Shown here piece after piece: positions 1 through 11,925 of a stretch of DNA of 64,000 nt. The position numbers and the translations under genes were made by a program. Under the pieces are notes generated by a model. That model had not been told where the DNA came from and did not search any database. It saw nothing but the letters and a program-made list of their open reading frames with translations. Every line of letters starts with the position of its first letter. Position 1 is the stretch's first letter. The stretch is from Trichosphaerium sp. ATCC 40318 (Eukaryota > Protista > Tubulinea): NCBI GenBank assembly GCA_038496445.1, contig JALMLS010000138.1, positions 124,001 through 188,000 of the forward strand. The letters are read 5' to 3'.

Positions 1-476
1 TTTAAACCAAAGTTCTACAATATCTATCTGTGCCATTTGTCTATGCAAGTTATGTTTGAAACAGTGAAGTAATAGAAGTTGACTTGAAGAATATTCAATT
101 TAACATTAAGATGCACCAGAAAATGCAACGACATTGTCTATTTCTAGTAATTGCAAGACTTTCAAGACTTAGTTCAACATGTATCTATTCTCCAATGTTA
201 CGGTAAATTATGTTTCGCGATCATATGTCTACTTTGAAAAACCCTGACAGAATCGTGTTGTTTGTTTCGGTATATTGATGACTAATGATCATGGATAACA
301 AGTGTTGGATTAACGATCATGGAGCAATTGGTGGATTTAGCGAAAAAGAAATGAGGTAAATAGTTTATGATACTTTAGTTCAGTGAATCAGTAGACTTAA
401 AATCGATGTAAGTGCATTCAAAACCAAATTACAAAACCTCAACCAACAACAAACCTCATCTTCAAACAAACAACAA

Positions 477-886
477 ATGAACACAACAATATTATTCGTT
501 TTGGTGACTTTGGCATTGATACCAATAGCCTTGACGACCCAATCTAAAGACTCTGAAGAAATGCCAGATATGCATGAAAAGAGATCAACTGAGGTATGTC
601 GACACTTGCTACTTTTACATTGTATTGTTAATTAACATGCGATTTAGCAAGGACCACTGTTGTGTGGTGAAACATGTGATACAAATGGATGGTGTCCTCC
701 TGGATGGCGTAAACGTGGTCGTGAAAAGAATGGTCAATGTATGTGAAAAATCAAAGGTTGGTAATTCTTAAATACTTACATACGATAGGTTCAACTGCAT
801 ACTGCTACCCTGGATCTCCATTGTGCTTTCGTATCAGAAGTGATAAATGGTGTTGCTGGAGTGAAGCTGCATGTGGAAGCTGCTAA
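477..886 (+). CDS. Secreted 10-Cys prepropeptide, copy 1 (101 aa; exons 477-593, 648-738, 789-886)
   Basis: Spliced at GT-AG: MNTTILFVLVTLALIPIALT-TQSKDSEEMPDMHEKR-STEQGPLLCGETCDTNGWCPPGWRKRGREKNGQCSTAYCYPGSPLCFRIRSDKWCCWSEAACGSC*. Signal peptide, acidic pro-region, KR site, 10 Cys. Confidence 0.85.
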
Positions 887-1635
887 GATCTTGCACTCCA
901 ATAATGTAAAACTAAATAAAGTACCCAAGTTTTACTATTATTCGTTTTCATAGTTTGGTCGCATGGTCAGTTCCAATTTCAACAAGAAAGGTATGTTGTG
1001 AGTCAACCAAATAGACAGCGCATGGCAATATGATTGCCTGTAAAACCAATGAGAGTAGGCAAAATACATTAGCAATCTATGTAATTGAGCTTTAGTAGAA
1101 AACGGTTTACAATAAACGTGAAACACACTGTTCAATCGCTAAAATAATGTTCAACGTAGCGCTAAAATAAAGCAACGCAGACTTACGTTCACTTTTCAAG
1201 CAAGTGACACCACATCCAGGCAGGGCGTGGCATCCAAATGTTACAACAACATATGGTGATAGAGCGAATGGTATAGCCACGTTTAATTCGCAAAACAGCA
1301 CTAGTCCAGGCCATAACCGAAGGCAATGATTGTCACCTCCTTTTTGTCCTTATGCCATTGAGTGCTACCTTGGTATTCCAATCTAATTAGCTCAGTGAGT
1401 AAACTATGAGCATAAGAAGTAAGTCAACTATTTTTTGTTGGCAAGTATTGAGCCGACCCATTTTTCTGTAGTGATTGAGAATGTAATAGTCCATTGGCCG
1501 AAGAATTGTGACTGATATTTATGCTTCATTTTGATACAACAAGTTAGTTAGTAAACTGTAGTCTGATTCTACTTGTTAGCACGTTTATTGATTCTTTACA
1601 ATGATAATTGGTACAACAAGTATGGCTTTGCGATC

Positions 1636-2048
1636 TTAGCAGCTTCCACATGCAGCTTCACTCCAGCAACACCATTTATCACTTCTGATGCGAAAGCACA
1701 ATGGAGATCCAGGGTAGCAGTATGCAGTTGAACCTAATAAAGGTTAGTACTAAGAAGTTACCTACCAACCTTTGATTTTCACGTACATTGACCATTCTTT
1801 TCACGACCACGTTTACGCCATCCAGGAGGGCACCATCCATTTGTATCACATGTTTCACCACACAATAATGGTCCTTGCTAAATCGCATGTTAATTAACAA
1901 TACAATGTAAAAGTAGCAAGTGTCGACATACCTCAGTTGATCTCTTTTCATGCATATCTGGCATTTCTTCAGAGTCTTTAGATTGGGTCGTCAAGGCAAT
2001 TGGTATCAATGCCAAAGTCACCAATACAAATAATATTGTTGTGTTCAT
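1636..2048 (-). CDS. Secreted 10-Cys prepropeptide, copy 2 (inverted)
   Basis: Reverse-complement near-identical to copy 1, with the same three exons. Differences seen in the mature region are synonymous. Confidence 0.85.
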
Positions 2049-2403
2049 TTGTTGTTTGTTTGAAGATGAGGTTTGTTGTTGGTTGTTGGTTGTTGTTTTG
2101 TATTTTGGTTTGAGTGCACTTAGAAAAAAATCCAGTTTAAGTTAAGTGTATTCAGTGAAATCAAGTATCATAAGTCGTTTACCTCATTTCTTTTTCGCTA
2201 AATCCACCAATTGCTCCATGATCGTTAGCCTGAAATATACCAAAACAAACGACGATATTCTCTGGGTTTTGCAAGTAGACTGCACGATTTTGAAACAAAT
2301 ATAATTTACCGTAACATTTCACGTGAAATGGGAGACTTAAATCATCTCGACCTTCCAGTCATAAATACAAACCATAACAAGAACAACCACGTCTCACAGA
2401 ACA

Positions 2404-2798
2404 ATGCAAACAACAACACTTTCGCTTTTGTACTCATGGCATTGACTGTTGCCATGGCGGTACGATCTAAAAAGCTTAGTGAAAGAGCTAAACGAGCAAC
2501 TGAAGTAAGTCGTGTTTTGCTGTTACACTTACTTTGTATTCTAACATACGATTTAGCAAGGACCATTGTTGTGTGGTGAAACATGTGATACAAATGGATG
2601 GTGTCCTCCTGGATGGCGTAAACGTGGTCGTGAAAAGAATGGTCAATGTACGTGAAAATCAAAGGTTGGTAGCAGACTTCTTAGTACTAACCTTTATTAG
2701 GTTCAACTGCATACTGCTACCCTGGATCTCCATTGTGCTTTCGCATCAGAAGTGATAAATGGTGTTGCTGGAGCGAAGCTGCATGTGGAAGCTGCTAA
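2404..2798 (+). CDS. 10-Cys prepropeptide, copy 3, with a different prepro exon; ATG is 1 nt out of frame (T-run near 2420)
   Basis: Exon 1 reads ...FAFVLMALTVAMAVRSKKLSERAKRATE then GTAAGT. Exons 2-3 encode the same mature peptide as copies 1 and 2. Confidence 0.7.
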
Positions 2799-3181
2799 GA
2801 TCGCAAAGCCATACTTGTTGTACCAATTATCATTGTAAAGAATCAATAAACGTGCCAACAAGTAGAATCAGACTGCACAGTTGTATCAAAATGTACCATA
2901 AACATCAGTCACACATTCTTCTGCCTCTATGAACTATTAAATCCTCTTGTCGCTAACAAGTCGTAGTTGTATATATTTAATCAATTAAAGCAGCTTCCTA
3001 AATTTATTCACGTGTGATTGTAAAATTGGAAAAACTATAGACCAGAGGTTTAATGGTAGTAAAAGTACCGAATCAAGTTGTTTTTTTATTCAAAACATAG
3101 TATTTATTGCAGATATAAACTGTTACACAGTGATTGGTTTGATTGATGTATTCACTGATTGTGGGTAAAGAATATAACGCT

Positions 3182-3300
3182 TCAATATAACCGTTTATAG
3201 CGCGTTTTTGCGCTTGCTTTGATGACCTTGATACGCTCAATTGGACTGAATTAAATGCTTTCAGATTATCATTTTTATCTCTTGTGGATACTGCATTGGC
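3182..3300 (-). pseudogene. Degenerate fragment resembling the C-terminus of the SAM-like gene at ~19975-20100
   Basis: ...NLKAFN/FSPIERIKVIKA.. (frameshifted) versus ..LMDLGFSLRERIKVIKA.. at ~20000. Confidence 0.35.
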
Positions 3301-3951
3301 TGGTCTTTCCTCCCAAACAATGCGTATAGTTGTCTAACTGGAACGGTTATTCTAACAGCATTTTTTTGTAACGTCTGCCTGTGCACTAGCACTGGTTGGG
3401 AAGCCTATTGTGTTTTGTAGCGTCTACTAATTAGGTTTCATTGGGGAAACGGACTGCTGGCAATTGTATCATTGCGTAGCATTCATCAAATAAAGTTGCA
3501 TAACGTTACTTCAGCACCATTTTTTAAGCTCTTTGATTCAACCTTCGTAGGAAGTTTTATTCTGTATTGGGTCGTCTATTGACTTGCGTGGTTGTAGATA
3601 ACAAATGAGTGCATGAATTCGTTTTCCTACAGTCAAAACAAGATATGGCTGGTATGATGGCGCATAAGAGGTAGCTAGTTAGATGAAAAAGTGACAAAAA
3701 CAAAAAACTGTTTCGTCGTGAAGGAAAAAACGTGCGAATTTTCTTTCGTATCCATGAGTTTGCGTTTCCGTTATTTGAAATCACAACCTTTGCAACGTGA
3801 AGAAAGGCATGTACAAAAAAAGGTGCAACGTATATATCTTACTCTATGAGGTCGCGCCTTTTTTTTGTCAACTTGTCAAAAAACGTTGTTCGCGTAAAAA
3901 TTGCAGAATGACAGTCGTTGACTTTTCAGACTCCAATACACAAAAACCAAA

Positions 3952-6864
3952 ATGGAGCCGAAAGGTGAACAGCAAAGCGAACCAATTAACTTGGCACAGT
4001 CGTTAGATGACCTAAAGTTGTCAACTACTGCAAGAGAAGATTCACCACCAACTTCTGTGTTTGTAGGTTATATGCGAATATGTTGATGTTTACGTCGTAT
4101 AGATAGGCGATAGAGATGCCGCTATACTAACTCTACCGAATGAGCTATTTTTGCGTATTTTAGAGTTTGTGGGCTTGTCCGAGATACTCCTGCTATGTAG
4201 CGTTTCAAAAGAGGTAGAATTAGCGATTATTGTCTAAAACTATTTATATTTATTCGGTAATTGTCTTTTAGTGCCTAAACAACGTTAAATCCCTTTGGAA
4301 GTACGTTACACCTGAAAACGTTGAAGTATGGTTTGCTGGTACGTTTGTAGATTAAAATCACTCGCTAAGGCTATATAGGACCTCCTGGCGCTGGTAAAAC
4401 AACAATTATTGGTCATATGAAGGTCAGTTGCCGTTTAAATCAACGTTTCTCGTAACCGTTCTTTTAGACTATCTTTGAGCCCACTCAGCGTAGAAAAATG
4501 GAGAAATTGATCGCGGAGCGCCATTTGGAAAGCTGTAAGTAGACCTGAAAGTAAAAACCGAGAACCAAACTCATCGCCTTGGTAGCTGTTGGTGATGACT
4601 ACAAAATCATTATTGACAACAAAGACGAGTATAGCCGCGGTTTCTCGTACACCACAAAGAGAGTTGGATTAAAAACTAGAAACGCTGGTTTCAGGTTTAC
4701 CCTACTGGATACACCAGGAGCATGGAGGTTCGCTGTTTTTTTCTTGTAGTTTGGCGTTGTTTGACGCGATCTAATTTTTTTGTAGATTCAGAAAAGTGAT
4801 GCGTAATTCAGCTCATCGTGCTGATATTAGCGCGTTGTGTGTTGATGTGACGTCTTTTGATAAACAGAAACCAGCCACAGAAGCTTTAGATCACTTCCGT
4901 GACTTGCTTATGACTTCATACGTGCTTATGGGTACGGCAAACATTATTGTGATCATCAATAAGATGGACTTGGTCAAGTATTCAGAAGAAAGTGCGTTGT
5001 TCTCTTCTCTACTTCTACTCTGTTTGATTTAATTTGTGTTTTAATTAACTTGTTATGTAGAGTTTGATGAAGCTAAAAAACGATTGGATGTTGTTGCTCA
5101 AGGTGTTGTTGGAGAAAAGAGAGTAAGTTAATTCTTAAATTTTTCTGTTTTTTTCCCTCCGAGTGTTGGAAACGAGCTTGACAAATTTTTTTTATTAGGC
5201 TGCTGGTATTATTTGGATACCAGCTAGTGGCTTCATGGGTGCTAATCTAACATCTACTGGAGACATTATGCCTTGGTATAAAGGTACAAATTATCAATGA
5301 CAGCTTTTTTGTTACGATCTAATTTTTGAATTTAGGAATGCCATTGTACGCATGCTTGCATAGTTTTCATGCTGGTATTGAATTTGAGTATGATAAGTTG
5401 TTCAAGCCGCTACATTTTTCTGTTGGCAATGTATGGGGACAGCCTACTAAGACCGGTATGGTCGTTGGTGGACGCATTTTAGGTGCGCCAACAATCAACT
5501 TTTCTTTTTTGAATTTTGTCGGTCGGTAATTAACATGCTTGTAGAAGGAATTGTTCAAGTTAATGATACTGTATTGCTTGGACCTCCATTGGTACTTACA
5601 CAGTCTTTGAAAAATTCTTATTTTGCTGACCGTTTGTGTTTAGATATCTGCTCCTATTGGTACCCTTTGGTGTTTTCTTTGTTGGACTTAAAACCAAGCT
5701 TAATCACCCTTTGCTTATTTTTTTCTTTTTGTTTAGCTTGTAAGGTAAAGAATCTTCAAAAAGATTTTGAAGATTATAATTCAGCAATGCCTGGTGATGC
5801 TGTATCTATTCATTTACTTGCTGTACCCTCTCAAATGCATGGTGAAGATGGAGATATTAAGCCATTGGTAAAGCGACGTACTAAAGAAAAGTTCTTTGTG
5901 CAAAAGTATGTCCATGCTTATTGACGATTTTCTTCATTTTAAAGAAAGACCTAACACTATTTGTTCTTAAGAGGTCAAATTATCATTCCTAAGGAGCTTG
6001 GCGCACCTAAATTCAGAGCTGTAGAGGCTATACGTGCAACAGTTTCTGTTGTTCTAGCCGATTGTTTTACCAAATCTGGTCAGATGGTGTTCAAAGGAGA
6101 AGTGCATAAAGGGTTCGCTGGGTTGATGCACTATGAAGAAACAACTACTTTATGTGTTCTTCAGAAAATTATAAAGAGTGTCCCACGTAGTAAGAAGAAG
6201 AAATCTATCATCAATCCTGGGAGAGCTCGTTTTGGTACAATTTTTTTCTGGCATTTTTTTGTTTGTTGTTCAAAGGCTTTTTGCTGATTATTTCTAATAG
6301 GTAGAACTTATGAGATGGTGTTCACTGTTGCATCTCCTGTTCATGTAGAGATATTTGAAAAATCGAAGGTATGTCTCTATAACTTAGTATCCATCAATCA
6401 GTGAGTTTCATCCTTTCAAAAAATTGTTTTTGCGTTTTTTTCGTTTAACAAAACTGCTGGTGAAATATATTTTTACTTCGCAATGTGTTATACATTCACA
6501 TACATTTAAACATTAGAATCCATAAGTTTTTTGAAAAATTATGTTTTCTGTGTACCGTTGTACCATTACAAAGAAAAGCTTGGTGTCGTTTTTTTTTTCT
6601 TAAACTTTTCTTACGAAAAAAAAACTGTAGGATCGTCGTAAGAAGATGTCTCGTGGTAGATTTGTTGTTTGTGTTCAACAACATGTTGCATTAGCATGTG
6701 TTGTTCGTGATGTACGATACTTTGGAGACACAAACCCACTATACGATGGAGAGGCTATCAGCGTTATTAATAGATGTGATCCTAAAGCTGTTAATATTCA
6801 TAAGCATACTGAGTTAAGTTTTATTAAAAAAGAATCAAAGTATCACAAAATACTTAAGAAATGA
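3952..6864 (+). CDS. F-box domain fused to a divergent EF1A/HBS1/eRF3-family translational GTPase (multi-exon)
   Basis: F-box ILTLPNELFLRILEFVGLSEILLLCSVSKE..W; G1 GPPGAGKTT; RGFSY; DTPGA; NKMD; IWIPASGFMGANL..MPWYKG; domain II GRILEGIVQVND..AMPGDAV; domain III ..GRFVV. Includes a 16-nt micro-exon at 5644-5659. Confidence 0.85.
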
Positions 6865-7745
6865 TGATTGTTGGTTGACAAGTTTGTAAGCCAAAATAAA
6901 TGAATAAAGCGATGATATACCAAGGATCTCTATTCTCCTTCCAAGATATCTTGGACATAGTTACATTGAGTCTTCCAAATGCCACATATAGAACTAAATT
7001 ACACGTGGAAACTGTGAACTAAATAGGTTAATTTAGATAAAATCATGTGGCTAAAAGCTATTAATTTCCCGACTACTGCTAGATCTTATATCTGAAAGTA
7101 GTTACAAGGTAAGATAACTATAGTGACAATAGCAAAAAGGTGAGTATAATGCTCTTATGGATAAACCAACCACGCAATTGTGCGCTAGCTTCACTTTTTT
7201 CTGTTTACCCGAAAATAATTGACCCTTTCGCCCAGTTGAACGGCCACGTAAAATATTACCCACCTACTCATACCTTCATTGATAAGATATTGCACAATCA
7301 ATTTTGAATCCACAGTTTTGTTTTTTTTTTAAAGGTTTTTGAAATACTTATTTGGGAGGCTACTGGCCGTTTTGTTGTGTCCGGTTTATTAAGATTGACA
7401 TATACTGACATATATAAAGCGTGACTGTAGTCGTTGCTTGTAAAATAAAACTCTAAATTTGTGTTTGTTTAGCAGAACGCAGTAAGAGCTTTAGGAGACC
7501 ATATAATAAGCGTAAAACGACTAAATGTTTTGTTTTTTTCTAAGTGAAACTCCCTCAATTTCCAAAAGTATTTAAAGCACAACTAGACTTACAGCAAGTA
7601 CTTCGTAAAAAAATATACATTACCACTACACGCTGTACGTACCACATTGTGTTAACAAGTTTAACTCTTTTCTTTTTCTGTAAACTCCTTCTTTACCTTT
7701 GAAACCACTTTAAACTGCTGTCAACTCCTTCTGACGCGGTTTTAG

Positions 7746-10700
7746 ATGTATAATCAAGTATTTGTACTTGTAGCCGTTGGGCTCTTTGCTACAATAGCGC
7801 AAGGAGCTTCAAACTCTAATACAAACACTGTGTTCTCTTGTAATGCGACTTCTACCAATTGGGGTTGTGAACCATCCGATTGGACACTAAAAACAGTAAC
7901 GAGGAATGGAGTCAAGGTAAAAGTACCGAATAGACTGAAATGCGAGACGACTCCAAAGCCTTACATGAGTTGGGCTTCTAAAACAAAGAGAACAGATAAT
8001 TACCGCGTATTCGTTGGCTCTGAGGAGTCACCAGAGACAACGTATGTACCTGGAAGCGTTTTAGACGTAACAGTTCTTGTTACGGATTATACAGCAAAGT
8101 ACCGTGGAATCATGCTATACGCCGAAAACTCAGACTTAGAACACGTAGGAGAGTGGAAACTAGCGAAAGACTTCCCAGGTAACGTACTTTTCTTTTCGGC
8201 TTTTTTAACCTGTTTTGGGTTCCTACTGGCTTACAAGTTTGTTTAAGCTCTCTTCTTGCTTCCTTGGGGTAATAGCACTAGTTGCAAACAGACTTTGATG
8301 CATAAGAACGCTGTACTGAAGCCTTTGAAGTCTACATTCAAACTTGTTGCTCCATCTAAAGGCACAGGGGATATTACTTTCCGTTGTCTTATTAAGAGCG
8401 GTGATGCAAACACTGGCGACTTTTTCTGGCCTAACATAGAAGGAGACTTTACTCTCAAAGAATCAACAGCCAATCTAGATATTGGAGGTTGGTATGCAGC
8501 ATCAGTACGTACTATCGAAGTTGATTGATTTGTTACCGTTTTTTTTTTTTTTGGATCAAAATCCGCCTTTCTTGGAGGCATCTGAGGATTTTATCCAGTA
8601 GTGTTGTGACTCATTATTTTGTCTAGAAAGGACAATCGTGTACTGATAGATGCGCCGAAGAGAGCCTTTTATGTGACGTTGTATCAATGGAACGTGTTAA
8701 CAGTGTTAACCGTATTGACGAACAACTCGGACAATTTCTTTGTAAGAGACCATTTCTAAGCAGTTGTGCTAGTACAGGCCCTTTACAAAATGATGATGGA
8801 TTTTGCTACTATGACGACACACGTTGTGAAGACAGTGGGCGCTCAGACACTCGTATTGACTGTGACGCAACTTCAGCAACTTCGTACGAGACTTTAACTT
8901 GTTTTAGTCCTGTTCTAATACTTTGTAGTGTCCGTTTCTGCAATTGTCTATCTACTACAAATGCTCCAGTAGTACCAGAAGACACTATCAACCCAACTGA
9001 AGCTCCAACTGGAGCCTTTGAAAACCCATTGCTTCGAGCTTCTCCAGCATCTACAAAATCTGTTGCATCTCTCCTGTGGATATGTCTAGCCATCTTTGGT
9101 ATTTCGTCAACTTCAAACAAACGTAATACAACATCTGTGCTACTGGCCCTATTCCTCATTGCGTTGGTATCCTTCCCAACAGGCATCAGAGGTCACAACT
9201 GGATGTTCAGTCTTTCAAGACGTAAATATGCCAGCACTGAAACACCTTGCCCTCCTAAGAACCAAAACACACCTCACGCTCAAGTCGGACCAGATCAAAC
9301 ATTCCAACTTGAATGGGCCGTGGGTCATAACCGCGTTTCTTACTTTGTTGTCGTTCACGAAAAGCATGAAGATAAACTAAAGCTTCATGATAAAGAAATG
9401 TTCGCCAAGTACTTTGACGAAGCACCTCCAGGAACAGTCCAAACTCTGCCTGTATATCATCGTCAGTTCAACACGCGTGATTTTGAAGATAACGCAGCTA
9501 TGGAGGCAATGTACACAGGTGAGATAGCGTCAACAGATAGTGGCTACATACCTCGCCCTGAAGCTTTCGGAAGCTGGGGAGACAATGCTCGTCTGTTGAA
9601 GTACAAGGATGGAACACATGAGGCTAACTATGCTGAGTATGAAAATGCTGACTTGCCGTGGATTGAGTCTGTATTCAAAGCAGAGCATGTCGCTCATAGA
9701 CCTGCAGATGCCGATATGATTAAACTTAAGATTCCAGGTCGCGCTGGATACGGTCGTTATATTGTTCATTGGTTATGGTCTGGATACAGAGACTGTACAG
9801 ATATCGATTACGTACCTGATCAAGTGGAAGAGATATATGGTGTACAGGAAGAAACACCTACATTCACGTACGTGATATGAGTAGATAGTATTTTTAAAAA
9901 CACTCAAGATCAATCTTGCTTTTTTCTACTTTTTTATTTATTAAACCTTGACAAGTTTGTTTCTTTGGCTTGTTACTATTCTGGCCAGCAACATCATCGT
10001 TTCTCTCTTATTTTATAACTTAACCAGACTAGCCTTAACTGTTTTCTTTAGTCGTGTTGACCATTGCTACTTCCCTGAAGGCAAAATTCTTGGTCGTTGT
10101 TCACGTGTTTATGATGACTTGACATACTGCTCCCGCAGTTGTCAACCTAGTTCTCGTAGTTGCTCTGGAATTGCAGTAATGCCTCTAGCAGTTGCTTCGC
10201 GTTACTATGAACAAGCTAGTCTTGTTGATGATTCTTGCTATGAATTCTTTAACTTTACAGCACTCAACGAGTCTGCAAAAGACGTCCAAGTCTGTTTCGC
10301 TGTTAATGGTCGTGCGCCTTCTGATACGTTCGGAGAGACAGAAATTGTGTTCCAAGGAGATCCAGCTTACCATGCTACCTGCTACATGAAAGGAAGCGGA
10401 CGTACATTCCCAGGTATGAATCTAACAGCTAGAAAACAATAGTAGCAATCAATGTTTGCTAACTCTTTGATCAGGATACGTACCACCTACAGAGCATGTT
10501 GTTGATTGGAGACATGGTGATCAGTGTATCGATTGCGATACAGCAAACTTGAATAAGCTTCTTACACGTATACCTACATGGCCTTTATCCGATGATTGTC
10601 GTCATTGTGACGATGATCCCATCGCAAATTACACAGTGCATGAACCTCCTACGCTTGAACTTGTTCAAAACGGAACAACATGTGACGGAGTCCGTTGGTA

Positions 10701-11004
10701 TTCAAGCAGTAAAAGTCATAGCTGTAACGGTACAAATAAGGAGGTAGCACCTTTGTGCTACAAGCCTATTGCCATGAACGGAAGAAGAGAAGAGTATGAT
10801 TTGTTCCCATCAGAGTGTGCTTTGTTGGCATCACAAGATGAAGACTGCACGTCTTTTATTGCTACCTTCAGAGGATCATATACTTCTGGAAGTAAGAGAT
10901 CTATCAAGTGCTTCTGTAAGACTAAAAATGAGTGTTGTGGTGAATGTACTCCTAAGGATAGAGGCGAGAATTATAACATTTATGATATTGTTATGTCAAA
11001 TTAG
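7746..11004 (+). CDS. Secreted multidomain protein: signal peptide, reeler-like domain, Cys-rich region, two hydrophobic segments, LPMO-like His-brace domain, Cys-rich/PAN-like C-terminus
   Basis: Exons 7746-8178, 8248-8504, 8627-8883, 8929-9867, 10052-10413, 10475-11004 join in frame. Reeler-like YVPG..V.V...YRGIMLYA...VGEW...APSKGTGDITFR. From 9194: HNWM..SR..C..EWAVGH..L.IP..GRYIVHW.WSGYRDCTDI. Confidence 0.75.
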
Positions 11005-11925
11005 AATCACAAATAAAATCACATAGTTACATTAAAATTACATACTGCCTTGCTCAACAAGATAGAACGTTGCCTCTTATGGCAATTATAACAAGAAGAA
11101 GCTATTACAAAAATATTTTCTGCTAAGACATTTTCGGCTAGCGACAAGTGTAAGAGTTGGTTCACATTGGCCAGTGAAGAAAGGAAGTTGAGCGTACAAT
11201 ACAAACTTACAATAAAGAACAACGTCTTACCCGCCAATGGCTGACATTTAGCGACGACTGATTCTTTGTCTCCGACCGTAGATAGCTACGGCCGATAGCT
11301 GAACTTAATTAACACTGGAACTGACGAAGAACCCACTTAGTGGATTTTAGTACGTGTCATCTGCGAGCTTAGCCTTTTGTTGAAACAAACCTGTTAGATT
11401 CTCTCATCAGTGGTTGTAATACGTATCATTAGGCGTAGTAATTCACATACGCAACGTATAAAGGTGTTTAAAGTGGTACGCATTAAAGGGAAACTAAAAA
11501 CCTAAAAAAGATCATTTTTTTTTATTTTTTTTATTTTATTCTTACGCAATATTACGTTATCACGTGTATAAAATGGCTGGAATAAAGATTATTTAAACGT
11601 TTAAATCATCACGTTTTGGGCTTCTAAAAAAAGGAAGAAGTACGAATAAAAATCGGTGTCGAGGTTTTCAGGTATTACAAGGTATTTGATGGCGTTAGTT
11701 TTAATTTTAAATTTATTTTGCAAATAAAAACGGTTGGCCGCACATGTGATCTTAACATTTTATTTTTAACTCGATTAATCCGAGAATTGTTCGAGTTTCC
11801 CAAAAACGAACTAAAAATTATACAATAAGCTGTAAAAGGGAGAAAGCCATCGGATGCGTACCGGTAACTTTTTTCTGAAATCTGTTGACCCACGCAGAAA
11901 TCGCCAAATAAAGCACTGATACAAC

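Noticed and set aside
574-771. ORF-track peptides MKRDQLRYVD... (also at 1679-1951 and 2534-2755)
   Set aside because: Wrong-frame read-through of introns. The spliced frame gives the signal/KR/10-Cys peptide.
938-1400. Possible minus-strand gene between peptide copies 1 and 2
   Set aside because: Exon-like stretches with splice-like sites, but I could not build a stop-free model or recognise a family.
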